64,000 nucleotides of DNA, taken from the NCBI GenBank assembly GCA_000165425.1, contig CT868385.1, positions 1 to 64,000 of the forward strand. Reading direction: 5' to 3'. Numbering within the stretch: position 1 is the first letter of the stretch; each line of letters opens with the position of its first letter. Below are positions 13,685-25,464 of this stretch, one piece after another. The stretch is from Paramecium tetraurelia (taxonomy: Eukaryota). The notes below the pieces were generated by a model. It was given only the letters and a program-made list of their open reading frames with translations, had not been told where the DNA came from and ran no database searches. The position numbers were made by a program, and so were the translations under genes.

Positions 13685-15014
13685 ATGTTTAATTTAAGAA
13701 TTCTAAAAGGTTTTAGTCACACAATTGAATTGAGCTCTGAGCATTATATTTAGAAGTAAATTCAGTCATGTCATCACTAGATATCAATAAAATTTCAAGG
13801 ACATCTACAATTTATCATATCCTCCAATCCCAGGACATGCTACCATCGATGGAACAAAATAGTATTCTTCAAATAATAGTGAGATTCCAAAATCTCATTT
13901 CAGAACAAATTATAGAAACAACTTACTATTGTCCAGTCTTGGCATTGGATCTTATTAAGGAGCACCTGATTAGAATAATGATATCATGCTATATGGATCA
14001 ATTATTGATAGTGTCTTATCAGGGGGAGTAAATGTGATTGACACTGCAATTAATTATAGATACATGAAATCAGAAAGAGTAATTGGAGCTGCAATTAGAG
14101 CTTTAAATATTCCCAGAGATTAATTATTTATCTCAAGTAAGGGAGGCTATATTCCTGCTGATGGAGATAGAGGAATTTAAGAGACTTAATTGATACGAGA
14201 ACTTATCAATAAAAATCTGATTACCCAAGATGATGTAGTTGGAGCATGTCATTGTATGCATCCTAAGTTTTTAGAAATGTAGTTGGAAGTAATTAATATG
14301 TTAATTTTAGTAAACATTGAATCATTTAGGACTAGAGACATTAGATCTATTGTATTTACATAATGCTGCTGAAAGTCAATTACCATTTTTGGGATATGAA
14401 AAATTTTATGATAGAGTTGCCAAAGCCTTTGAACAATACGAAAAGAGTGTTTAGAATGGTAAAATTAAGAGATATGGAATGGCTACATGGGTTTGTTTTA
14501 GAGCAAAACCAGATGAAGATAGAATTCATGTTCCTTTAGAGAAGATTGTTGAAATTGCAGAAAGGGTAGGTGGAAAAAATCATCATTTTGAATATGTCTA
14601 AATGCCTATCAATGCCATGATGCCTGAGGCTTTTTCTTAAGAATGGCAACCATTTAAAGGGGAAAACACTTAAATCTTAACTGTTGCAAGATAATTAAAT
14701 GTAAATCTTGTCATATCATCTCCTTTAATGGGCGGTACACTTATGTAAGTTCCATTGCCATCAGATATATTTAAATGTCAATTCTTAGGAGCAAAACACT
14801 TACAATTTTTAAGATCCATTCCTGCTGAATCAATTAAAAGTATAATATTTATTCTAATCTAATAGCTATTTTAATAGGATAAAAAGCCAATCGTCATACG
14901 AAATAAAATTTAGAGGTCATCAGAGTACCACCCTTGACAGCAGATGAATTTTGGTCATTCTTTTAACCATTAAAAAGAAAATAAGTCGCTGATGATGAAC
15001 TTGATATGCAATGA
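13685..15014 (+). CDS. Aldo/keto reductase
   Basis: SSLGIGSY, GVNVIDTAINYR, FISSKGGY, LDLLYLHN, GKIKRYGMATW, YVQMPIN; catalytic D-Y-K-H tetrad present. Confidence 0.9.
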
Positions 15015-15060
15015 ATAATTTGTTGTTGTTATATAAAATATTGTTAACTTATACTCAATT

Positions 15061-16602
15061 TCAGTACCAACCTTTTTCATCATCACTTAGAAATTCCATC
15101 TTTATGTATTATTCCTGTATTAGAGTCCCTTCAATAATACTTGGAATGTAAGGCAACTCTTTTTTTTTTTATTTTAATTCAGTCCAATCAATATCCTAAA
15201 ACCATGGATGCGCTTAAATTTCTTTGAAGTCATTCGAGAAACCAATTCTTTAAGAAGAATCTTACTAGAGTAATCTTGAAATGAGATCTTTGCATTCATT
15301 AGATATAAGGATTCCTTTTGGAAAGTGTAATTCTCCTTAGCAAATCAATTTAATGGCAACGTCCTGGTTTGCGTTATAAAATGGAGATATCCCGACGAGC
15401 AATTCGTAAAGTAATATTCCCATACTATACCAATCTGACATTCTGGTTAAATCTCCAAATCTCAAATATTCTGGAGATGCATATTCAACAGAAAAATTAA
15501 TGTTTTATTGTTTTTTACATTCTTAATAGACTCTCAATTTACCATAGCCAAAATCTGTTAAGTATATATATCCTTATTCGTCGATCAATATATTTTCAGG
15601 TTTTATATCCCCAAAAGTGATACCTTTTTCGTGCACACTCTATAATGCCATACCAACTTAAGCTATGATATACTTTGTTTAGTTCTCCGTAAAGGAACCA
15701 ACATATTATAGATGTGCGAAGAGATCTCCTCCTTTCACAAACTTAAAAAAAAAGTGAATTAAATCTGTTTGTCTTATGCATAATTCTAGTTATTCGACGA
15801 AGGGCTCAACTTCATAATTTTTAAGAAAGAATTCCATTAAGTCGACATCAATATCGCACGATCTGATTGTTTTCAGGACCAGAACCTTTTGACGATCATT
15901 TTTTTGTGTCAATAACAAGATTTTGTTCAATGAGCCAGAACTGATGATTGTATTTTTTTGAAAATCCTCTAATTTTACTCTAAATTTCATTTTATCATTA
16001 ATAAAGAGTACTGTTATTTTGTGATTGGGATTCAAACTTTTTGTAGGCTGATTTAACATGTTAATGTATTGCAATTAGAAATCGTGAGGGTATAGAAATA
16101 ATAATTTGGTTTTCGGATGCAATGCAACTTATTTTTAAAGGTCAGTAGTTTTTTAATGCAAACAAAATTATTGGAGATCCTCCTAATCAACCAAATACAG
16201 TTTTAAACCATCCTTATTGTTTAACTTAAGTGATATGGATAAGTAAAATAAAATGATATCTCTATTCTCCTGAGATTTATAACGATAATCAGTTTCTTGA
16301 GGCACATGCAAAATAAATTCAAAACTTGACCTGGAGACAGTAACACCAAAAACCTTTTGAATTTAAATCTTTCGTTTAATTGATTTTTTATCAATATTAT
16401 ATAAATTTTCACTTGTAACCACAATAGTTCTTTATTATTCTGTATTTCGCTTATTAATTTTTCCAATATTTCTTGATATCAAAATGAATTCAGATTGCCC
16501 CGCCTACTTCTTAAAGGATTTCTCTTAATCAATATTTAGAGAATCTGAAGCTTGAATTTTTAACTCATTTAAATATTGCTTCAATATTTGTTCTGAGTGC
16601 AT
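15061..16602 (-). CDS. AGC-group Ser/Thr kinase, divergent (5' model approximate)
   Basis: FVKGGDLF, HEKGITFGDIKPENILID, LTDFGYGK, EYASPE, DWYSMGILLYELLVGISPF, EIQAHPWFQDIDW...PYIP AGC tail. Confidence 0.8.
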
Positions 16603-16652
16603 AAAAATATATATTATTAATTTTATTATAGAATTATTAATATATATATTAA

Positions 16653-18100
16653 TCATCTTCTTCCAATAGGGCCAGCACTATTCTGTCTTCTCATCCCAGA
16701 GGGCATACCAGCAACCATATTATATTAATTCTGGTATTAGCCTCGTCTTGGAGAAGAATCTCTAGGAGTAATCTATTATTATTGTTAATATGGAACATAG
16801 GGATATCTAAATTAAAATTTAATAATTACTTTTATTGTCCAAGTAATCTCTATTCCTATTATTAAACTTTGCTATAAAGTTATTGAGGAGTCTGAACTTG
16901 TTATGGTTTTGGTGGTTAAGCCATGGGAGGTTTTAAAAGAGGAGGCTTGTTAACTTATTACGATTATGGTTATGGTTAGGGAGGTCTTTACAATTGTTGA
17001 GGAGGCTTTACATCTTCAGGTTGTTTTCTAATAGGTTAAGGAGTTTAGCTGATATCAGTATTCACTCTGATTCCAGATTATGAATTTGATCTTTTGATTT
17101 TATTCTCATAGTTAGCCTTAGGAAGATTGCCTTTCAATTATTTTAAATTGTATGGTAATTTAATGGTTTGCAAGAGTTTAGCCATTTTTTTGCCTCCAAC
17201 TTCCTCCTCAACTAATAAAGCACCACTCTTTTTTATAACTAAAGGGTTTTTTAGAATTGTATCACAACTTGGTCTGCTGCGAGGATTGACCTGCAACAAC
17301 AATTTAATAACTTCAGATAAATCTTTGCTGTATTTGCCTGGAATCGGATCATAAACACCAGTCTGAATTCTTCTACTAAGGGATTGAAGATCAGCTGCTC
17401 TAAATGGAGGTTACTAGGCTGCTAGTTCATAGATGATGCAACCAATAGACCAGATATCGCATGGCCAAGAATACTGTTCTCCTTTCCAGACTTCTGGAGA
17501 TGCGTAATCTAATAAAGTTGGAGATTGTTATCATACATGGGGTTCCTGCTTAGGTTCGAGCATTGGCTCCATGAGTGACTTTGCTGATATTAAGATCTCC
17601 AATTTTGTATATGTTTCCTTCTGGAGATTTACCAATAAAGACATTTGCCAATTTTAAATCTCGATGCAAGATGTTGTTGTCATGCAACACTTTAACTCCT
17701 ATAGTTATTTAAGTTAAGACTTTCCATATTTCAGCCTCTTCCACTCCTCCTTTGATCTTGCCTTGCTTCAACAAACTATTTAGGTCTCCGCCAGATGCAA
17801 ATTCCATTATTACATACAGTGTTTTTCCTTCAGAATCCAGAAAGGAATCCTTGAATTCGACGATATAAGGAGAATCAAGTGAAGCCAGTATACGAATTTC
17901 ATTTAAGGCGTTCTCTCTCTCCTTATAAGACTGTTGAGATATAACGACTTTTTTCATAGCGTAATATTGACCATCTGATTTCCTTTATACCTACAAAATC
18001 TCATCTTCTATACCTTGTAAACAGAAGAGAAGGATCCTTCTCCAAGTTTCTCGAGGACATTGAAATCTTAAATGGTACTACCTTGTCCTTATTATTACAT
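16653..18100 (-). CDS. NIMA-related (NEK) kinase
   Basis: LGEGSFSSVYKV, YAMKK, ERENALNEIRILAS, HRDLKLANVF, GDLNISKV, QAGTP, Pro/Gln-rich tail. Confidence 0.92.
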
Positions 18101-18111
18101 TAATAAATTAA

Positions 18112-19238
18112 ATGGAATTAAATTTTATGATTTTTCCTGTGCCTAAAAATACTTATCGAGAAGGAGATCTCAAGGTTGTTTTATTGTCTTATTTCATAGG
18201 AACTAATCAAAATTCCATTTTACGAAGACATATTTAGATTTCAACTCACTTCTCCCAGAATGAAAATCTAGTTTCATAAAATAGATCCTTTTAAACCCCC
18301 AGATGAAATCCCTCACGTACAGCAATCTCATATATATTATAAATCTATAGGATGTAAGTACTCAATCCATTTATGATGATCATGTTGATGAATTGCCAAG
18401 TTAAAGAATACCTCGCATCTCCTAAACAACTACCCTCAAACCTAAAAATCAAATGTAATATACTTTCCTATTGCATAGAAGTGGGTTGAGACTGTCTCTG
18501 TCCCCTCGAGTCACGTACAATAATGAATTACCTACCACTCTAACAAATAGGAACTGCAAATATACAAAGGAGATTCCTTGCTTGTATTTGAAATCGTACA
18601 CTCTGACCAAGAGAACTATTATTTACTTTCATGCCAATTGCGAGGATCTCAAGTCTTCCTACAATCTTTTGGACTTTCTTCGACATAACATGAGAATGAA
18701 CATCTTAGCTGTTGAATATCCAGGCTATGGAATTTATTAAGGCGAACCCACTGAAGAAATGATACTAAAAGATGCAGAATATATATACTAGTATATAGCC
18801 TTCCATTCGGGCATAGAAGAACAGAATATTATATTAATGGGAAGATCTATAGGAACTGGAGTTGCATGTCATGTAGCATCACTTTTTAAACCGGCTGTTT
18901 TAGTTTTGATCTCTCCCTTCTTATCCTTACAAGAAATCGTCTAAGAAAAGTACCCTTTATTAAGGAAGATGCTCAAGGAGAGATTCTCAAACAAAGACAA
19001 AATGCAAAAAGTAAAATCTCCACTTTACATTCTGCACGGACTCAAAGATTCTATCGTTTCAGTTGAACAAGCCAGGAAACTTTATGGTATGAATCTTAAC
19101 TTTCATTTTTAAATAGAATTATGCAAAAGTCCAAGTTTGATTAGAACACCGCCAGAAATGACTCATACTAGATTTCAATTTGAATAAGACTTATCCTTAC
19201 CTCTTCTAGGGTTCATGAGATAATTGAATATACTTTGA
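18112..19238 (+). CDS. Alpha/beta hydrolase, ABHD17/ABHD13-like
   Basis: IIYFHANCEDL, EYPGYG, GRSIGTG nucleophile elbow, ILHGLKD, MTH. Confidence 0.88.
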
Positions 19239-19286
19239 TATGTCCATATAATAGCATTTTTCTCTATTTTAACATTTAATTAAATT

Positions 19287-20836
19287 ATGATTAGACTTTA
19301 ACAATTGCACACTCAAATTTCAGAAATAGCTGGATCTATAGGATCATCAATTGAGTAGGAATATTGATCATGCCTTGTCTAATACTAGAAAACTAGATTA
19401 GTTTAAGTAATATGGATGGATAAATAGAGATGCAAAATTTAGAACTAGATGGAGCAGCCAGATTAATAGGAAATAAGTATAGGATTTTAATAACAAAATG
19501 ATGAATTTTAAAGAACTGCCAGAAGCTAAAGTAGGCATTGATTTAAGTTTGAATTGTGTAGCATAAGTTAATATTCCTGCAGATCCCCCCAATTATTAAT
19601 GAATAATTTCTAATGCATCTAAGGCTTATTTAATGAGATTTAATTTAATTATGCTTAGAGAACACTATATACTCATGAACACATCATGAAATAAGTCAAA
19701 TACTTTATTCATATTTTTGATTTATAAACTAAGACATGGTAAATTAGCCAGAATTGTAGATTGTCCTATCAATTCAAATGCATAAGCAGAAGCACTTGTT
19801 AAATTAACTTAAGAAAATAATGTAAAGTTATGTGGTTTTACTAATGTTACTGGAGCACTTTAATGCCCAAAAGAGAAAATGATAATCTCCGTATATGACA
19901 AGATGATGTAAATAGAGAGAATATTATAGCGTTGGTAGAGGCTGAAATCACAAGCTATCACCGAAGCAGAAATTAATATTAAAGTTTAGCCATAGATAAT
20001 TTACATATTGATTTAAGGTTTGAAAGTATGAATCTATTTAATTTTATAATTTTGCTTTGTGCTGAACTTCTGTAATTATTATCCAGAATTAAGGTTTGGC
20101 CTTCATTTGTGAAATTAGTTGTTAATAATCAGTTCTAATTTGGTATGACTTTGAAAACGATGTTTCATAATAGGAAGGAGGAATTTATGGATAAAATATA
20201 AAAACTACTTTGCTACTCAATTTATGTAATATGATCCAGATTAAATGTATTTGGTTACTGTTGTTTTGAAGGGACTAAATAAGAAATTGAATTCTAAGTG
20301 AACACAGTATATGAGCTAGCTAATTTTTATAAACGCTTAGAACAGGGGAGAAAGGATATTTCTTAACAGCATATTTAAGAGATTTTGTAAGTAGTTTTAA
20401 TTTATAGCTGAATCTTTTGAGACTGCCGTTGGATGGAAAGATGTGCCTAGTTTCTGTGAAAATGTAATGTGGTTTATCTATGTTTGGATTTAAAGGAGGA
20501 TTGTGAAAGAATATCAAAAAATAATGTGGAGAAGGAACCTTAAGTTACTTTAAGAATTTCTCAGGTGTATGATTCTGGTGGATTTAAGGGAATTGATGAC
20601 CCTGTGAAATGCTATTCTGGAATTGAAGATGCTGCAAGGGAGGAGTAAATGAAAAATGTAGGGTCTATCTATTTCTCATCATGGTATTTGTTGAAAATTA
20701 TTAACTTATTAGGAATGGTAAAAATGAGAAAGTAATTTAAGTTAAAGTAAATTGGAGACAAAGGAGTGAGATTTTAAGGAGAATTATGTTACAAATTGAT
20801 CCAAATAATATGTTTGGGAATCAGAATTTAATATGA
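19287..20836 (+). pseudogene. AGPS: Decayed alkyl-dihydroxyacetonephosphate synthase (ether-lipid AGPS) pseudogene
   Basis: Fragments in several frames: KQYGWINRDAKF, RHGKLARIVD, TNVTGALQCP, GIDDPVKCYSGIEDAAREE, SHHG, KMRKQF, DPNNMFGNQNLI*; in-frame TGAs (19365, 19600), frameshifts, central FAD-domain motifs not found. Confidence 0.8.
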
Positions 20837-20934
20837 AAATGAGATATCATTGTTTTATATGCATAAATATATATTTAAAACTAACAGTTAAAGAATTTGA
20901 ATTCAATTAATTTAAATATAAATTTTTTAAGTCA

Positions 20935-23896
20935 ATGAACAAGTCTGATAGTATTCACAATTAGGAAAATATTGATCCAAACATCATTCGTAACTCCTCT
21001 TCATAACAAAAGAAGATTCCTAGAAGTTCAGGATAAAAAACACCATGGAGTGCAAAGTATCATTGACTTATTATTCTTTAAAGCACTGGAGAAATTAGCC
21101 ATTCTACCAATGATGACATAGAAATATCATGTTTTTAAGTAGGACCAGTCAAAACTACTCAATTATCACCTAATTAAGCCATCGTATGTTAATCTAGATT
21201 GGAGTAATATTTGACTTCGAATAATGTTCCTGATATACTTTCCTATTTAGATGAATTTGAAGATCTTGATTGGGTCAAGTCCAATTATATTACTCACATT
21301 ATTGAGATGATAGTGAAATAAGAGAAGGAATATTTGAAATAGAGGATTGTTGGATTAACAGCTATATTAACAAGTAAGAATTATTTACTCACTCGATAAA
21401 TCATTAAGATGATCTTTAGTGTTTCATCTAGAATTGGAGCATAAGAAGGCTATTATGCTCTTTATGAAATAGATAACTTGTTAGAATAAATGATATAAAA
21501 AGAAGAATTGTAATAATATCATTAAATTTAATATTTTCCATTGATATTATATTGCTATGCTCATTAATTATTGTATTGGGGTTTAGTGGCAGAATGTTGG
21601 GACCTATTGAAATTTAAGTTAAGCAAGGAGATTAATGAATCAATCAAAGACGAGTTTGAGAAAACAGCATAAAAGATCTGTGACATGCTTTTAAGATAAT
21701 TAATTGAATTAAGCAATTCAAACAATCATTGGGTGAAGATGTTCAATGAAGTTTTGAATGAAGGTGTCATTAATTTGCATCCATCTGATATCTTCTTCAA
21801 TAAGTTAATTGATTATGCCTTCAGAAAACAATAAGTCACAATGGCTGAATTTCTTGCTTACCTTTATGAGAGACAATGCTAAGATTCAACCAACAATTGT
21901 CACTATTAACACAATGATTGACTAGTATTTCAAGAATAATCAGAAGGACAAAGCATGGAAAACCTTTGAGAATCTCAAACTCACATCTACCAAACCTGAC
22001 AATTTCACCTATACTACTTTAATCAATGGCTTAAAGAATTCTGATAATATGGATCTAAGATTAGCTTTCTAATTATTTGAAGAGTATAAGTAATACAATC
22101 AACCCGATTAAATTATCTACAATTGTTTATTAGATGCTTGTATAAATGCTGGTGATTTAAATAGAGGATTTTAATTGCTGAATGAGATGAAATAATCATA
22201 ATCAATTTAATTAGATGAAATCACCTATAATACATTGATCAAGGGATGTGGAAGAAAGAAGAGGTTAAATGAAGCCATTAGTTTATTTGAAGAGATGAAA
22301 TAGATTGGTATCAAACCAAATAGAATAAGTTTCAACTCCTTACTTGATTCTTGTGTTAAATGCAATAAGATGAATGTTGCTTGGAGATACTTTGAAGAAA
22401 TGAGAAAATAATATGGCATCTTCCCAGACAATTTCACTTACAGCATTTTAGTTAATGGCATTAAAACTAATCATTCAAATAGAGATGAATTACTAAGAGC
22501 CATTACCTTATTGGAATAAATTTAAGAAACTGGACAATTCAAACCAGATGAGATTCTCTATAACTCATTGATTGATGCTTGCGTTAAATTCAATGAGATC
22601 TAAAAGGGAATGCAATTATTCAAAGAAATGAAGAATAAATCAATTGAACCATCCTCAGTTACATACGGTATTCTTATTAAGGCTTATGGTAAAATGAATG
22701 ATTTGAATGGAGCATTCAGAATGTTTGAAGAGATGAAACAAAAGAAAATACCAATCAATGATGTAACATATGGATGCTTGGTAGATGCTTGTGTTAGGAA
22801 TGATAGATTAGATTAAGCACTTTAATTCATTGAATAAATGAAATCTCAAAACCTACCAATCAACACTGTCTTATATACAACGATCATCAAAGGATTTTGT
22901 AAGTTGAATTAGACTGAAGAGGCTATGAAATATTTCAGTTTAATGAAATAAAATTAAAGAACATATCCAAATCTTATAACTTACAATTCACTCTTAGATG
23001 GATTAGTTAAAAATGGATTGATGAATTAAGCTGATAAATTATTCCAAGAATTAGTAGAATCAACAATCAAGCCAGATCTAATTACATTTAGTACTCTATT
23101 GAAAGGACATTGCAGAAGAGGCAACATGAAGAGATTGAATGAAACTGTGTAGACCATGTTACATTACCAGATCAATCCTGATGAATCACTATTACAATTG
23201 ATTCTAGAATCTTGCTTAAATTAATAATAGTATCACAATGGTGTTCAAATTTATGATTAGTTCCAACATCAAATTCCTCAATCAACACAACTATTATTGA
23301 TTATCATTAGATTACATAGTCAAGATAAGCAATTATCATCAGCAATCCCATTGTTAAATAGACTCTATCAATTGTTAGATGAAAGTAGAATATAACACTA
23401 GCAATTGGAAACCACCATCAATTCCTTATTGATCCATCCACTTGATGAGCAGACTTATCCAATAATCACCAAAATAGTCACTTTAGCATTGAAATCAGAT
23501 ATCAATGTGAACAATCTAGATAATCTAGTCTCTGTAGACAATTCAGAGTTAATGCTCTTATTGTAGAATACCAACTAGTTACCATGCACTAAGTTATCAC
23601 AAATCCTTAATTAATTGCCAGTTCAAGATTAGTAATTGTGCAGAGCATACATTTCAAAGAATAATAAGAATGACTTGAAAGAACCTTTGAATGAGTAGTT
23701 TGGTTAAGTGTTTTTGTAGTGTAACAGCAATGGCAACAACAATCAGAACAAGAAAACCAAACCATAAGAGAGATCATCCCCGTTTAATAATGAAAATAAG
23801 GAGAACGTGTATCATCCAAAGAAACAGTATAACAATTATGCCAAAAATGACTTGAATGAGTACTTGAACAACAAGTCATATACCAAGAGAAGATGA
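20935..23896 (+). CDS. P-class pentatricopeptide-repeat (PPR) protein, ~13-14 repeats (apparent +1 frameshift at ~21851)
   Basis: Tandem ~35-aa repeats, e.g. PDQIIYNCLLDACINAGDLNRGFQLLNEMK, PSSVTYGILIKAYGKMNDLNGAFRMFEEMK, PNLITYNSLLDGLVKNG. Confidence 0.88.
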
Positions 23897-23917
23897 TTAA
23901 TTAATTAATATTATATA

Positions 23918-25212
23918 ATGAGTAATGATTAACCATTTGAAGATGTCGATCAATTTCTTCATCCCCTTGCCAATCAATAGGCCATTCCGAATATGCTGTA
24001 ATAGGCTATCACATAAGACTAACTTCTAGCTTAAAATGTTCGATTATTGCAGCAATTACATGAGCAATAGAGAATGTTGAATCTGTAGAGCATCTTCACG
24101 AATAACATGCTTATGAATCCCTTGATTCAATAGTAAGTGAACTAGGAAAGTAAAAAAATAAAGAAAGCCAATAAGACAATCAAAACTATACCTTCTACAA
24201 CGAGTCTTAAGGATTGCGCTTAACCAATCTAGGAAATCAAAGGAAATGTTAAAAATGCCTACATCAAGAAAATCACTTCCTTGCTTAGTGTGGAAGGAGA
24301 CAAGTTGCTTGATGAGGACTTGTAAGAAGACTTGGATTTGGAGAGCTATTCGGAAGCGTAAGATAAAAGTAAATTGGCAGGCCTTTTGGGTTCAAACAAC
24401 GATCTATTGAACAGTGAATCAAAAAACAAAAGATTGAGACAAAGTGCCAAAAATTCTAGACTTCGAAAAAAGGTGTATTTGAAATTGCTTGAAAAAAAAG
24501 TAGTTTGATTGAATATCTAAATATAGGTTTCTGAATTGGATCAACAAATCCAAGAGTACAAAAAAACAACTAGACAGTCATTTGAGTATCTGACTCAAAT
24601 ATTGCAATCGCATCCCATTTTAAATAGCATGATTATAGGAAACTCAGCAGCAATCGATTAAGTCTTGGAATGTTCCTCATCTGATTAAGCCTAATTGGTA
24701 TTGGATTCATATTTAGTAATGAAATCATCCCTATTTTGTAGATGAGATACGGCACTTGTGGGATCAAAAGGAGAGATTACGTTAAATATGCAGTTAAAAA
24801 TATACAGAAGAACTTTCTCAAAGGCAATTATGGACTCCAACTTATGAGTTGGAATTAATAAATTTAAAATTGTAAAGAGTATTGTATTTATCAAATTAGA
24901 TGACACTGAATTCAATCAATATGTGGAAATCGTTAAAGAGGAGGCCAAACTCGAAGATGACAATCTTGTTTATAGTGTGTTACCTACTATCGATAAAATG
25001 CTAAACCATCGCAAAATGTCTTAATAGTATGAAAGAATTTTACTCTTAGATAATTACTTAAATTTAATTAGGATATCAAAAACTTAAAATAGAATTAACA
25101 AGAGATTGAGGAAACAATTAATCAGTTTACATAATCATTATCTCCCATCTAACATTTAGAATTCATAAAATAGGTGGAGAAGGTGGGGACTTTCAATCGT
25201 TTTAATAAATGA
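23918..25212 (+). CDS. bZIP transcription factor
   Basis: Gln-rich N-terminus; KRLRQSAKNSRLRKKVYLKLLEKK-VSELDQQI basic-zipper. Confidence 0.75.
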
Positions 25213-25464
25213 TCAATATATATTTGTCTTATTCCAAACTTCACGAAATATCAAAAATATTAAGCAAATTTTGATCTCATTTACTATTTTTTGTATTTAC
25301 TACATATAAACAATACCACTTAAATTTAAGTTTGATTACTAATTCTGAATTATATTTTATAATACTTTTGTAACAGTGGGATCTAAAATAGAACTATAAA
25401 GGAGGTGCTTTAAAAGACGCATTAATTTTCTCGAATTATTCAAATAATTATAAAATTAATTAAA

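Noticed and set aside
15181..15270. Apparent frameshift near the AGC kinase C-terminus
   Set aside because: Careful re-reading gives a continuous frame RIGFSNDFKEIQAHPWF
19360..19605. In-frame TGAs as selenocysteine codons
   Set aside because: They occur with frameshifts and deletions in a decayed AGPS; not a selenoprotein family and no SECIS seen
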